NCBI GenBank assembly: GCA_030827125.1
Contig: JAURFD010000006.1
Span: forward strand, 53,680 to 117,679
Direction: 5' to 3'
DNA from: Candidatus Nanopelagicales bacterium
GTDB lineage: Bacteria; Actinomycetota; Actinomycetes; S36-B12
DNA: 64,000 bases
Part shown: in pieces, positions 8,562-18,439 of the stretch
Position numbering within the stretch: position 1 is the stretch's first letter
How the letters are laid out: each line of letters starts with the position of its first letter
Program-made: the position numbers and the translations under genes
The notes under the pieces: model-generated
Seen by the model: only the letters and a program-made list of their open reading frames with translations
Told to the model about the DNA's origin: nothing
Databases searched by the model: none

Positions 8562-10082
8562 ATGGCTGACGACAAGCCGATGGCTCTTGAGGCCCGCAAC
8601 CTCACCAAGCGATTCCCTGGTGTCATCGCCAACGAGGATGTGTCCCTCCAGGTCCGACAGGGCGAGATTCTCGCCCTGCTCGGTGAGAACGGCGCCGGCA
8701 AGTCGACCCTCGTCAAGATGATCTACGGCCTGTACTCACCGGACGAGGGTGAGATTGTCATCAAGGGTGAGCAGGTGCGCCTCAAGGGCCCTCGCGATGC
8801 GATCAAGCGCGGAGTCGGCATGGTGCACCAGCACTTCCAACTCGTGCCGGTCTTTACCGTCGCCGAAAACGTCATCCTCGGCGATGAGCCGCACAAGGCG
8901 ATCTTCGTCAACATGAAGGCCGCTCGCGAACGAGTGAAGCAGCTCGCCCAAGACTTCGGCCTTCAGGTCGATGTCGACGCCAAAGTCGAGGACCTGCCGG
9001 TCGGCACGCAGCAGCGTGTAGAGATCCTCAAGGCGCTGTATCGGCATGCGGACGTCCTCATCATGGATGAGCCGACGGCGGTCCTTACGCCCCAGGAGAC
9101 CGACGAACTGCTGAAGGTGATGCGCGGCTTTGCGGACAACGGCGTCGCCGTCATCTTCATCACGCACAAACTCCGCGAGGTACTCGCGGTCGCCGATCGC
9201 ATCGAGGTGCTGCGCGGCGGCAAGGTCGTGGGCACCACGCGTCCCGCGGACACGGATGCTGCGGGTCTGGCCCAGATGATGGTCGGCCGCAGTGTGCTCC
9301 TCACCGTGGACAAGACCGAGGCCAAGCCCGGCGAAGTCGTTCTCGACGTGGTGGATCTCACCGCGGAGAACGACATCGGTCTCCCGGCAGTGCGTGATGT
9401 GAGCCTGCAGGTCCGGGCCGGTGAGATCTTTGGGATCGCCGGAGTCGAGGGCAATGGCCAGCGCGAGCTGGTCCAGGCGCTCACCGGGTTGCGCAAGTGC
9501 ACCGCCGAACGGGTCACCGTCTTGGGTCAGGACGCCCTCGGCAAGAGCCCCCACCACATTCACTCCCTCGGCGTCGGGCACGTTCCAGAAGATCGCGAAA
9601 CCGATGGCCTCGTGGGTCCGTACTCCATCGCGGACAACCTCGTCCTGGACCGCTACGACGAGCCCGAGTTCGCCCGTCGCGGCGTACGCCGTCGAGGCGC
9701 TATCGATGAGCTGGCCACGACCTTGGTCGCGGACTACGACGTTCGTACCCCCTCGATCCAGACCACGGTGCAGGCACTGTCCGGAGGCAACAAACAGAAG
9801 GTCGTCATCGCCCGCGAGTTGGCGGCCAATCCGGCGCTGCTCATCGCCTCCCAGCCCACCCGCGGTGTCGATGTGGGCTCGATCGAGTTCATCCACTCCC
9901 AGATCGTGGGTGCCCGCGACGATGGCGCCGCCGTCCTGCTGGTGTCCGCCGAACTCGACGAGGTCCTCGGCCTAGCCGATCGCATCGGCGTCATGTACGA
10001 CGGACGCCTTGTTGCGGTCCTTGACGGCAAGGACGCTGATCGCGCCCACATCGGCCGCCTCATGGCCGGCGACATCGACTAA
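8562..10082 (+). CDS. Tandem-domain ABC ATP-binding protein (CUT2-like)
   Basis: GENGAGKST, MDEPT, LSGGNKQK, QPTRGVD. Confidence 0.95.
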   Translation: MADDKPMALEARNLTKRFPGVIANEDVSLQVRQGEILALLGENGAGKSTLVKMIYGLYSPDEGEIVIKGEQVRLKGPRDAIKRGVGMVHQHFQLVPVFTVAENVILGDEPHKAIFVNMKAARERVKQLAQDFGLQVDVDAKVEDLPVGTQQRVEILKALYRHADVLIMDEPTAVLTPQETDELLKVMRGFADNGVAVIFITHKLREVLAVADRIEVLRGGKVVGTTRPADTDAAGLAQMMVGRSVLLTVDKTEAKPGEVVLDVVDLTAENDIGLPAVRDVSLQVRAGEIFGIAGVEGNGQRELVQALTGLRKCTAERVTVLGQDALGKSPHHIHSLGVGHVPEDRETDGLVGPYSIADNLVLDRYDEPEFARRGVRRRGAIDELATTLVADYDVRTPSIQTTVQALSGGNKQKVVIARELAANPALLIASQPTRGVDVGSIEFIHSQIVGARDDGAAVLLVSAELDEVLGLADRIGVMYDGRLVAVLDGKDADRAHIGRLMAGDID

Positions 10083-10084
10083 CA

Positions 10085-10122
10085 CACGCAAACGCGCATG
10101 AATGATGCGCGGTTCGTGCGTG
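10085..10122. repeat. Imperfect inverted repeat after the ABC operon (terminator or REP-like)
   Basis: ACACGCAAACGCGCAT...ATGCGCGGTTCGTGCGTGT. Confidence 0.5.
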
Positions 10123-10254
10123 TCGTGGTCATCGTCCACGCTCACGCAGTCCTGATCCGATAACGCGCATCCACAGTGCGCGGTCTCGCGTTGTATCCGA
10201 ACCCCGCCCTTCCTAGCGTCGTCGCAGTCGACACAGCCAGGAGGTGGGGGAGCA

Positions 10255-11496
10255 ATGAATCAAGCAGGCTTGCAGTGGGTCCACGATGAAGTGCGCGAGG
10301 CGGTACGCCGTTCCGGTGTTGATCCGTTGCGCGATCGCGACGCGGTGGCACGCATGGTGGATGAGGTCATCGGTCGCTATCGCGAGCGCTCCTGGAAGTT
10401 GGGGGAATCCGTCGAGATTGACGACGGCATGGCCCAGGCCGCGCTGGACGCCGTCGCGGGCTTCGGCCCCCTTCAACGCTTCTTCGACGATCCGGAGATC
10501 GAGGAGGTGTGGATCAATGAGCCGGGCCGCATCTTCATCGCGCGCAATGGCCGCAGCGAACTCACAACCACGGTCCTCACTGATGCGCAAGTGCGGGTAT
10601 TGGTGGAGCGCATGCTCCAGTGGTCAGGTCGTCGCATCGATCTCAGCACGCCGTTCGTTGATGCGACCTTGCCCGACGGCAGCCGGCTCCACGTAGCGAT
10701 TCCGGACATCACACGAGCCCACTGGGTGGTCAATATCCGGCGGTTTGTCCAGCGGCCCGCCCACATTCACGACCTCGTACCGACCGGCTCACTCACGAGC
10801 GAGGCGGCGACGTTTCTCGAGGCGGCGGTCGTGAGCGGACTCAACGTGGTTGTGGCCGGAGGCACGCAGGCAGGCAAGACGACGCTGCTCAACGCCCTCC
10901 TCGGCTGTGTCCCATCACGCGAACGCATCGTGACGTGCGAGGAGGTCTTCGAGATTCAACTGCCGCATCACCCCGACTGGGTGGCGATGCAAACCCGCGA
11001 GGCCAGTCTCGAGGGATCTGGCGAGATCGCCCTCCGGCGGCTGGTGAAGGAAGCCTTGCGCATGAGGCCATCACGCCTGGTGGTGGGCGAGGTGCGGCAG
11101 GCCGAAGCCCTCGACCTCCTCATCGCCATGAATAGCGGTTTGCCAGCGGCGGCAACGCTGCATGCCAACTCGGCGCGAGAAGCGGTCACCAAGCTGTGCA
11201 CATTGCCGCTCCTTGCCGGACAAAACATCGCCGCGGACTTCGTGGTTCCGACGGTCGCGGGTTGTGTCGACCTCGTCGTGCACACCGCAACCAATCGGGA
11301 GGGTCAACGGCAGGTCCGTGAAATCGCGGCACTGCCGGGCCGCGTCGAAGCGGGCGTGGTCGAGCTCGCCGACATCTTCACGCGACGCCAGGGCCGATTG
11401 GTTCGGGGCAGTGGCTTCCCACCGCATGTGGATCGCTTCGAGGCCGCAGGCTACGACCTTGCTGAGTTGCTCGGCACGCGTATGGCGGCGGCGTAA
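10255..11496 (+). CDS. tadA: TadA/CpaF pilus assembly ATPase
   Basis: GGTQAGKTT Walker A, CEEVFE, LRMRPSRLVVGEVR, TLHANS. Confidence 0.92.
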   Translation: MNQAGLQWVHDEVREAVRRSGVDPLRDRDAVARMVDEVIGRYRERSWKLGESVEIDDGMAQAALDAVAGFGPLQRFFDDPEIEEVWINEPGRIFIARNGRSELTTTVLTDAQVRVLVERMLQWSGRRIDLSTPFVDATLPDGSRLHVAIPDITRAHWVVNIRRFVQRPAHIHDLVPTGSLTSEAATFLEAAVVSGLNVVVAGGTQAGKTTLLNALLGCVPSRERIVTCEEVFEIQLPHHPDWVAMQTREASLEGSGEIALRRLVKEALRMRPSRLVVGEVRQAEALDLLIAMNSGLPAAATLHANSAREAVTKLCTLPLLAGQNIAADFVVPTVAGCVDLVVHTATNREGQRQVREIAALPGRVEAGVVELADIFTRRQGRLVRGSGFPPHVDRFEAAGYDLAELLGTRMAAA

Positions 11497-12344
11497 TGGG
11501 TGCCATCGTCGGACTCCTGGCCGGGACCGGCATCCTGCTCATCCTCCTCGGCAGCACCGGTCCGCGGGTGGCCGCGACCCAGCGCGAAGGGCGCCTCCAA
11601 CGACTCATCGATCGCGCGGGGCTCGAGCGCATCAGGCCTGCGAGCGTCATTGCGGTGAGCGTTGGCGGGGCACTGCTCGCGGCTGTGGTTGCGCTGGCGG
11701 TCTCCGGGGTGGTGGTGGTCGGTGTGCTGGCCGCGATCGCGGTGGGCAGCATCCCCTACGTCGTCCTCCGCCGGCGGGCGGCCGCTCGGGTGAGGTCGCT
11801 GCGGGGGAGTTGGCCCGACGCGGTGGATGTCTTGGCGTCTTCGGTACGCGCCGGCCTGTCGCTCCCGGAGGCTGTGGCGGACCTCGGCGAGCGAGGGCCG
11901 GAGCCGCTTCGCCCGGCCTTTGCCCGCTTCGCCACCGAATATCGCGCTACCGGGTCCTTCGCTCTCGCACTCGAGGTGCTCCAAGACTCCATGCGCGATC
12001 CGGTCGCCGACCGCGTCGTCATCGCGCTTGGCATTGCCCGCGAGGTCGGCGGCAGCGATCTGGGCCGCGTCCTCAGCACCCTCAGTGAATTCCTGCGTGA
12101 GGATGCGCGGACCCGCGGCGAGATTGAGGCCCGACAGAGTTGGACGGTCAACGGGGCACGGATCGCTGTCGCAGCGCCGTGGATCACCCTGGCGCTGCTG
12201 TGCACGCGTCCGGAGGCGATGGCGGCCTACTCCACCAGCCTGGGCGCGGTGATTTTGCTGGGTGCGGCGCTGCTCTCTGTTGTCGCCTATCGGGTCATGA
12301 TCGCCATCGGGCGGTTGCCGGATGAGCCGCGGGTGATGGCATGA
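11496..12344 (+). CDS. tadB: TadB-like (T2SS-F family) membrane platform protein
   Basis: WPDAVDVLASSVRAGLSLPEA, GGSDLGRVL; coupled to tadA. Confidence 0.88.
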   Translation: MGAIVGLLAGTGILLILLGSTGPRVAATQREGRLQRLIDRAGLERIRPASVIAVSVGGALLAAVVALAVSGVVVVGVLAAIAVGSIPYVVLRRRAAARVRSLRGSWPDAVDVLASSVRAGLSLPEAVADLGERGPEPLRPAFARFATEYRATGSFALALEVLQDSMRDPVADRVVIALGIAREVGGSDLGRVLSTLSEFLREDARTRGEIEARQSWTVNGARIAVAAPWITLALLCTRPEAMAAYSTSLGAVILLGAALLSVVAYRVMIAIGRLPDEPRVMA

Positions 12345-13231
12345 GCGCACTGGGAGCACTCATCGGGGCTGCGCTCGCCGCCGGTCTGATCATGATCGCA
12401 GCGGCGTACCGCGCGCATCGGCCCCCTCGGTTGGCTGATCGTATTGCCGCACCGGGTCACCGGATCGACATGAACGAGCGAGGCCCGCTCGCGCTGCTGC
12501 TGGAAATCGTGCGTCCCATCCTGTTCACGCGGATGGGCATGGGCGGCTCGTCGTTGGCTCGCCGGCTCCGGCGGGCCGGACGTGTCACCGATCCGGCGCG
12601 GCATCAACTGGAATCCCTGGTCTGGGGTGCCGCGGGTGCCGCCGTCGGGTTGGCCCTGGGACTCCTCGCCAGTGCCTCCCAGGGGTCACCCGTTCTCGTG
12701 ACCCCGGTGATCCTCGCCATGGTGGGGGCCATCATCGGGTGGCTACTCCACGACCGAATGCTTTCCGCTGACGTCAAACGTCGCGGCACGCGAATGACGG
12801 AGCAACTGCCGACGGTCGCCGACCTTCTCGCATTCTCCGTTGCCGCTGGCGAAGCTCCGGTCGCGGCGATGGAGCGGGTGGCCGCCACCATCCGAGGGGA
12901 CCTCGCCGGTGAACTCACCGACGTGGTGCGCGAGGTGCGCGGCGGAACGCCGTTCGTGGGCGCACTTCGCGAACTTGCGGACGACGTTCCTGCCCCTGAC
13001 GTCGCACGTTTCGTCGATGGCATCGCGGTCGCGAGCGAGCGCGGCACACCGATGGCCGACGTGTTGCGGGCCCAGGCCGCCGACGCACGGGCCGCCGGTC
13101 GCCGCCGCCTCATCGAACGTGCCGGCCGCAAGGAGATCTTGATGCTCGTCCCGGTGGTCTTCCTCATCTTGCCGATCGTGGTCGTCATTGCGCTGTTTCC
13201 CGGACTGCACGGCCTCAACCTCACGGCCTAG
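12341..13231 (+). CDS. tadC: TadC-like (T2SS-F family) membrane platform protein
   Basis: LPTVADLLAFSVAAGE, ERGTPMADVLRAQA, MLVPVVFLILP. Confidence 0.88.
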   Translation: MSALGALIGAALAAGLIMIAAAYRAHRPPRLADRIAAPGHRIDMNERGPLALLLEIVRPILFTRMGMGGSSLARRLRRAGRVTDPARHQLESLVWGAAGAAVGLALGLLASASQGSPVLVTPVILAMVGAIIGWLLHDRMLSADVKRRGTRMTEQLPTVADLLAFSVAAGEAPVAAMERVAATIRGDLAGELTDVVREVRGGTPFVGALRELADDVPAPDVARFVDGIAVASERGTPMADVLRAQAADARAAGRRRLIERAGRKEILMLVPVVFLILPIVVVIALFPGLHGLNLTA

Positions 13232-13277
13232 GCCCTCCGTCAATCAGTTACCGCTCACCTACACACAAGGAGAAATC

Positions 13278-13466
13278 ATGAAGTACCTGTCAGCCATCTA
13301 CGTTCGCGCCATCGCCCGCATCACCGCCGATGATCGAGGCGACGTGCCCGGGTGGGTGCTCGTCGCGGTCATGACCGCGGGGCTCGTCACGGCCCTGTGG
13401 CTCGTGGCGGATGACGCGTTGACCTCACTGTTTGATCGCGCCATCAATTCGGTGTCAGGGCCGTGA
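13278..13466 (+). CDS. Flp-type major pilin
   Basis: 62 aa with DDRG|DVPGWVLVAVMTAGLV hydrophobic segment; AAGGAG SD. Confidence 0.78.
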   Translation: MKYLSAIYVRAIARITADDRGDVPGWVLVAVMTAGLVTALWLVADDALTSLFDRAINSVSGP

Positions 13467-13858
13467 TCGGGAAGTTTGCCCCGGGAACCACGAAGGACCA
13501 AGGAAGTGCGGTCGTCGAGTTCGCGCTCATCACGCCCATCGTGCTCGCCGTGGTCTTGGCGGTGCTGCAGGTGATCCTGGGGATGCATGTGCGGGCCACC
13601 ATGACCTCGGCCGCGGCGGAGGGTGCGCGGGCGGGAGCACTCGCCGGGAGCAGCACCGCCGCAGCCGAAGCGCGCACCCGGCAGATCCTGGGCGACGCCC
13701 TCGCAAGCGATGAGGACCGTCGGGTCGTTGCTGACCGCACCCGCGTCGATGGGATCCCCGTTATGCGGGTGCGGATCACGACGACTTTGCCGCTCGTGGG
13801 TCTCCTGGGTCCGACCTCCATGACGGTCGAGGGGCACGCCGTGCAGGAGCCCCGGTGA
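13463..13858 (+). CDS. tadE: TadE-like minor pilin
   Basis: DQG|SAVVEF prepilin motif, AAAEGAR. Confidence 0.85.
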   Translation: MIGKFAPGTTKDQGSAVVEFALITPIVLAVVLAVLQVILGMHVRATMTSAAAEGARAGALAGSSTAAAEARTRQILGDALASDEDRRVVADRTRVDGIPVMRVRITTTLPLVGLLGPTSMTVEGHAVQEPR

Positions 13859-14301
13859 TTCGGCGCCGGCGTCGACGGCCCCCGAGTGATGAGGGTGCGG
13901 CGGTCATTGAGTTCGTCGTCCTCATTGTCCTCGTGGTGATCCCGGTCATGTACGCCGTCATCGCGGCCATGCAGGTGCAGGCCGCGGCCTTCGGTGTGAC
14001 GCAGGCCGCCCGAGAAGCGGGCCGCGCGTACGTGCAGGCGGATTCCCCCGGGCAGGCCCAGGCGTGGGCGAAGGCGGCGGCGGGCATCGCGCTCGCCGAT
14101 CAGGGTCTCCCGCAGACCCCGCAGGTACAGATTCGCTGCGAGCCGACCTGCCTTGCCCCCTCATCGACGACGTATGTGCGCGTGGCGACACGCGTCCGAC
14201 TGCCCTTCCTGCCCGAATCGCTGGGGGAGGCGACAGTGGGCGCGATCCCGGTGAGTGCTGACTTCGTCATCCCGGTCGATGACTATCGGGAGTCCCCGTG
14301 A
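13855..14301 (+). CDS. TadE/F-like minor pilin
   Basis: DEG|AAVIEF prepilin motif, AAREAGR. Confidence 0.82.
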   Translation: MIRRRRRRPPSDEGAAVIEFVVLIVLVVIPVMYAVIAAMQVQAAAFGVTQAAREAGRAYVQADSPGQAQAWAKAAAGIALADQGLPQTPQVQIRCEPTCLAPSSTTYVRVATRVRLPFLPESLGEATVGAIPVSADFVIPVDDYRESP

Positions 14302-14792
14302 CCCCCACTGCTGACTGGCGGGTTGTGGACGGTTTATCCGGCGAAAACCGTCCACAACCCGCCAGTCAACGGAGAGGGGGTGGGGAGGAGGGGAGCGCGA
14401 TTGTGCTCATCCTCGGGCTCATCGTCGTGTGTTTCCTTGCGCTGGGCGTCGTCGTTGATGTGTCGACGGTCTACCTCGCCCGACGATCACTGCAGGCGCA
14501 GGCCGATGCCGCGGCGCTCGCCGGCGCCCAGGCCATCGATCTCGATCACTACTACGCCTACGGGGCGAGCGAGGAGATCCGACTCGAGCCGATGGCGGTG
14601 CGCAGCGCGGTTGAGCGGCAGGTGCGCCGCGATGCTGGCGATGCGCGACTGACCTCCGTCGCGCTGCGTGGGGACGCGGTGTACGTCGGGATGACCGATC
14701 GCGTCCGGCCCCCGTTCTCCGGCTGGCTCACTCCGCGGGGGGCCTACGATCTGCAGGTCGAGGCGGGTGCGACCCTGCGCTACCGCCCCTGA
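14298..14792 (+). CDS. TadG-like pilus assembly protein with a palindrome inserted in its leader
   Basis: EEG|SAIVLILG, VVDVS, LQAQADAAALAGA; GTGA overlap with the previous gene. Confidence 0.8.
   Translation: MTPTADWRVVDGLSGENRPQPASQRRGGGEEGSAIVLILGLIVVCFLALGVVVDVSTVYLARRSLQAQADAAALAGAQAIDLDHYYAYGASEEIRLEPMAVRSAVERQVRRDAGDARLTSVALRGDAVYVGMTDRVRPPFSGWLTPRGAYDLQVEAGATLRYRP
14312..14368. repeat. REP-like palindrome family A, copy 1 (57 bp, intragenic, in-frame)
   Basis: TGACTGGCGGGTTGTGGACGGTTT-ATCCGGCGA-AAACCGTCCACAACCCGCCAGTCA; near-identical to 23793 and 42336. Confidence 0.9.
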
Positions 14793-14806
14793 GCGAAGGA
14801 CCCGAG

Positions 14807-15157
14807 ATGGCCGAGATCATCGCTGCACCTGTCCGCATTCCCGTCCCCGGTGGCAAGACCATCGACGAGTACGCCGGACACGTCGCCAGCGGTGACGCCG
14901 CAGTGTCCATCGCGCACATGGTGGCACCGGCCGGGTGGGACGAGCCGGCGCAGACACCAGAGTTCGATGAATTCACCGTCGTGCTCAAGGGCAGCATTGA
15001 GGTTGAGACCGACGGCGGTGTCCTCACGGTGGCCGCGGGCCAGGCGATTATCACTCGCGCGGGAGAGCGGATCCGTTACACCACGACCGAGGGTGCCGAA
15101 TACGTCGCTGTGTGCCTTCCAGCGTTCGCCCCGGACCTCGCACACCGCGAGGAGTAG
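14807..15157 (+). CDS. Small cupin-domain protein
   Basis: GWDEPAQTPEFDEFTVVLKG, AGQAIITRAGERIRY, CLPAF. Confidence 0.82.
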   Translation: MAEIIAAPVRIPVPGGKTIDEYAGHVASGDAAVSIAHMVAPAGWDEPAQTPEFDEFTVVLKGSIEVETDGGVLTVAAGQAIITRAGERIRYTTTEGAEYVAVCLPAFAPDLAHREE

Positions 15158-15164
15158 GCGCGAC

Positions 15165-15824
15165 TCAGCGGGGATTCACACTCCGATAGATCAGCGCCCA
15201 CGCGCTGAGGAACCACGTGGCGATGAAGCCGAGCACGAGCCACCCGAAGAAGGATCCCGGGGCGCCGGTGATGAAGAAGCCGTCCAGCGCGGCGAACAAC
15301 CAGGTGACGAGCAGCACAACGCCCATGAGGATGACGGTGATGAGCCACCGGCCCCATCGCGCACCGATCGTCCGGAAGTTCACCACCAGGGGATTGCGTT
15401 GACCGTCGACCACGGCCATGAGCAGGTACGGCGTCAGCGCCAGGACGACGAACCCCGGCACGACATACAGCGACAGGCCGATGAGCACCACGATGCCCAG
15501 CCCCACCGACCAGGCGAGCAGAACCCAGTATCGACTCCACAGATTGTCGTAGACCGCGCGCACATTGACCGGACCGACGGCCGCTTCGAGCATCGCCGCG
15601 GCGACGAAGTTGTAGGCCTTCACCAGGATCATGAAGGAGATGACGGCAACCAGCACAAACGCGATCGTGAGATAGGGGAGCACGCCCAACAGGATGAGCA
15701 GTGCCTGCAGCAATGCGTTGACGACGATGACCGGGAGGATGACCTTCCAGCCACGCCACATCCGGACAAATCCAGTGGCGAGCACGCTCACGCGGTAGAG
15801 GCGCGGCTCGGTGGCGGTACTCAT
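15165..15824 (-). CDS. Hypothetical multi-pass membrane protein
   Basis: About six hydrophobic segments; ATGA-coupled in the minus-strand operon. Confidence 0.75.
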   Translation of the reverse strand: MSTATEPRLYRVSVLATGFVRMWRGWKVILPVIVVNALLQALLILLGVLPYLTIAFVLVAVISFMILVKAYNFVAAAMLEAAVGPVNVRAVYDNLWSRYWVLLAWSVGLGIVVLIGLSLYVVPGFVVLALTPYLLMAVVDGQRNPLVVNFRTIGARWGRWLITVILMGVVLLVTWLFAALDGFFITGAPGSFFGWLVLGFIATWFLSAWALIYRSVNPR

Positions 15825-16162
15825 GAGGCCTCCAGGAGCGCTTCGTCGAGGACCTGTTGGGCGTCACCGCTGAAGATCTGCTCGCCGCCGATGGTGATCG
15901 TGAGGGGATAGGGCGCTGTGCCGCCCGCATCAGCTCGGATCTCGGCGCCGTCGGTGGTTGTGCCCAGACAGGTGAAGCCGGACGTGACCGTCTCGCACTG
16001 CGGGGCGACGAGCAGCGGGACCTGTTGATCGACGAGAACGTCGTACACCGCGTTGCGCACGGTGGTGATGGGGTCCCCACCGACGGGGGTGAGTGCCGCC
16101 ACCTGCGAGCAGGCGGTGAGGGCGACAGCCGCCGTAGTGACGAGGAGCACACGACGCATCAT
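15821..16162 (-). CDS. Hypothetical lipoprotein
   Basis: MMRRVLLVTTAAVALTAC lipobox; two further Cys. Confidence 0.72.
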   Translation of the reverse strand: MMRRVLLVTTAAVALTACSQVAALTPVGGDPITTVRNAVYDVLVDQQVPLLVAPQCETVTSGFTCLGTTTDGAEIRADAGGTAPYPLTITIGGEQIFSGDAQQVLDEALLEAS

Positions 16163-17176
16163 GCGGCACCTCCGTGAGCGAGCAACTGGGCTTTGGCCTT
16201 CATCTGTTCTGCCTCGACCGACGCGTCCGTGATGGCTGACAGGTCGATCGGTGACGGCAGGAGCAGTTCGACGTTGCGATCGAGCGGGGTGCCGGCACGG
16301 AGGGCGGGCTTGTTAAGCCATGCGTTGGCGGCAAGTTCGCGACTGAGGGACGCGAGACCGATTTGGCTCAAGTCACCCTCCGTCCAGGCAGCTGGCGCTG
16401 CATGGTCGAGTGCGGTGACAAAGATCGACATCGTCCCGTCGCGGTTGTCGACCAACTCCACGAGCTGTTGCTGCTGCGGGAAGTCCACGCAGGACGCGGT
16501 GGTGATCTCCCAGAAGCCGCCGCTCCCATTGTCACGGACATGTGGGGTGATCGTGTTGATGTGCGTGTGTCCGTTCAACCAGGCAATGCATACCGGGTAC
16601 TGCAGGAGCATCGCGATGAACTCTTCGGCGTGGATGAGCGGTTGGCCCCCGGTCACCGGCGTCGCGTCGTTCTCCAACGTGAGCGAATTGTGGTGGCTGC
16701 ACACCAGGGCGAGGCGCCCCTCATCCTGGCAGCGCGAGAGTTCGCCCTGGAGCCAGGTGAATTGGTCCTCCGGCACCGCGCCGTCCGCGCCCGCGGCCAG
16801 GTTGCAGGTATCGAGCCCGTAGATCCGCAGGTAGGGCGTGAGGTCGGCCGACCACCAGGTCTGCCCGGAATCGACGTTGGTCTGCGTCCAGCCGTGACCC
16901 ACCGGCCCGGGCACGTCGGGAGAGTTCAGGTGCGCCTGCATGAACTCCGTGCGCTCCAGCAACTGGGATGAAGTCTTCGCCGGCCCCGGCGAGCAACGTC
17001 CGGTAGGTCCCTCGGACGGCCTGACTCGACAACTTGATGGTCTGGAGCAGCGTGGTGGGTGCGTCGCTTGCCCGCAGGGGTGCGGCCAGAGCCGAACCGA
17101 GCACCTCGCGCGACAAGCCCCAGGCCGCCGCGAGGGCGGTGGTACCCGCAATGAACCGGCGCCGAGACAGGGACAT
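16159..17176 (-). pseudogene. Tat-exported metallophosphoesterase (TIGR03767-like) with internal deletion and frameshift
   Basis: N-part [11 protein letters not shown]... (Tat signal, SD AAGGAGG) and C-part (LDT, SHHN, WLNGHTH, GFWEITTAS) lie in different frames, joined near 16963; DxH, GD and GNHD motifs are missing; span 1018 nt is not a multiple of 3. Confidence 0.75.
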
Positions 17177-17312
17177 GGGGCCTCCTTGGTGCCGAGGGTA
17201 TGCCGCGGAGGCCCGCGTGGAGACGAAATCACCGGACGTCGAGTGTCGGGCAGCGCCGGGTTCGGGCTACTGGATTCAAAGCCACCTGTCGGACCTCGTA
17301 GGCTTGCCGATC

Positions 17313-18425
17313 GTGGCCATCCCCGACATCGCCGAGGTGCTCGGCGAACTTGAGCAGACTCTCGCGGGCATCGAGAAGGTTCTCGACGTGCCCCGTCTGC
17401 GCGAACGGGTCGCTGAGCTTGAGCAGGAGGCCTCCGCGCCGGACCTGTGGGACGACCAGGCGAATGCTCAGCGCGTCACTTCGCAACTGTCGCTTGTGCA
17501 GGGGGATGTCCGTCGGATCGAGGCATTGCGCCGTCGGCTCGATGACCTCGTGGTGCTTGTCGAACTCGCCGAAGACGAGGACGATGCGGACTCCTGGACC
17601 GAGGCCGCCAACGAGTTGGCGTCTCTGCGCAAGGCCATTGGCGAAATGGAGGTCCGCACGCTCCTGTCCGGTGAGTACGACGCCCGCGAAGCGCTCGTGA
17701 CGATCCGTTCGGAGGCCGGTGGAGTCGATGCCGCCGATTGGGCGGAGATGCTGCTGCGCCTCTACAGCCGCTACTGCGAGCGCCATGGTTGGCCGATGGA
17801 GGTCTACGACACGTCCTACGCCGAGGAGGCGGGAATCAAGTCGGCCACCTTCGCGGTGAAGGCGCCGTACGCCTACGGCACCTTGTCGATCGAGCAGGGC
17901 ACCCACCGTCTCGTGCGCATCTCACCGTTCGACAATCAGGGTCGACGTCAAACCTCCTTCGCCGCCGTCGAGGTCGTGCCGGTGCTGGAGGAGACCGATC
18001 ACATCGATATCCCCGAGGATGAGATTCGCGTCGACGTCTACCGATCGAGTGGTCCCGGTGGGCAGGGCGTGAACACCACCGACTCCGCTGTGCGCATCAC
18101 GCACATTCCGACCGGCATCGTGGTGTCCTGCCAGAACGAGCGGTCCCAGTTGCAGAATCGAGCCACCGCGATGGCCGTGCTGCAGGCCAAGCTTCTCCAG
18201 CGGCAACGTGAAGAGGAGCGCGCCAAGATCAACGCGCTCAAGGACGACTCGGCCGGCTCGTGGGGCACCCAGATGCGGTCCTATGTCTTGCACCCCTATC
18301 AGATGGTGAAGGATCTTCGGACCGAGTACGAGACCGGCAACACCGCCGCTGTCCTCGATGGGGAGATCGACGACTTCATCGAGGAAGGCATTCGCTGGCG
18401 TCGCCAACGCGAGACCGCCTCCTGA
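17313..18425 (+). CDS. prfB: Peptide chain release factor 2
   Basis: SPF anticodon motif, [14 protein letters not shown]; continuous frame. Confidence 0.97.
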   Translation: MAIPDIAEVLGELEQTLAGIEKVLDVPRLRERVAELEQEASAPDLWDDQANAQRVTSQLSLVQGDVRRIEALRRRLDDLVVLVELAEDEDDADSWTEAANELASLRKAIGEMEVRTLLSGEYDAREALVTIRSEAGGVDAADWAEMLLRLYSRYCERHGWPMEVYDTSYAEEAGIKSATFAVKAPYAYGTLSIEQGTHRLVRISPFDNQGRRQTSFAAVEVVPVLEETDHIDIPEDEIRVDVYRSSGPGGQGVNTTDSAVRITHIPTGIVVSCQNERSQLQNRATAMAVLQAKLLQRQREEERAKINALKDDSAGSWGTQMRSYVLHPYQMVKDLRTEYETGNTAAVLDGEIDDFIEEGIRWRRQRETAS

Positions 18426-18439
18426 GGTACGGTCCCGAT

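Noticed and set aside
7204-9896. Long antisense ORFs (404 and 386 aa here, and similar ones opposite ftsE, copA, pckG and others)
   Set aside because: Shadow ORFs expected from high-GC codon bias opposite well-supported genes; no motifs.
17034-17400. Programmed +1 frameshift or long N-terminal extension in prfB
   Set aside because: The frame is continuous from GTG 17313 with no CTTTGA site; the upstream extension overlaps the divergent pseudogene.
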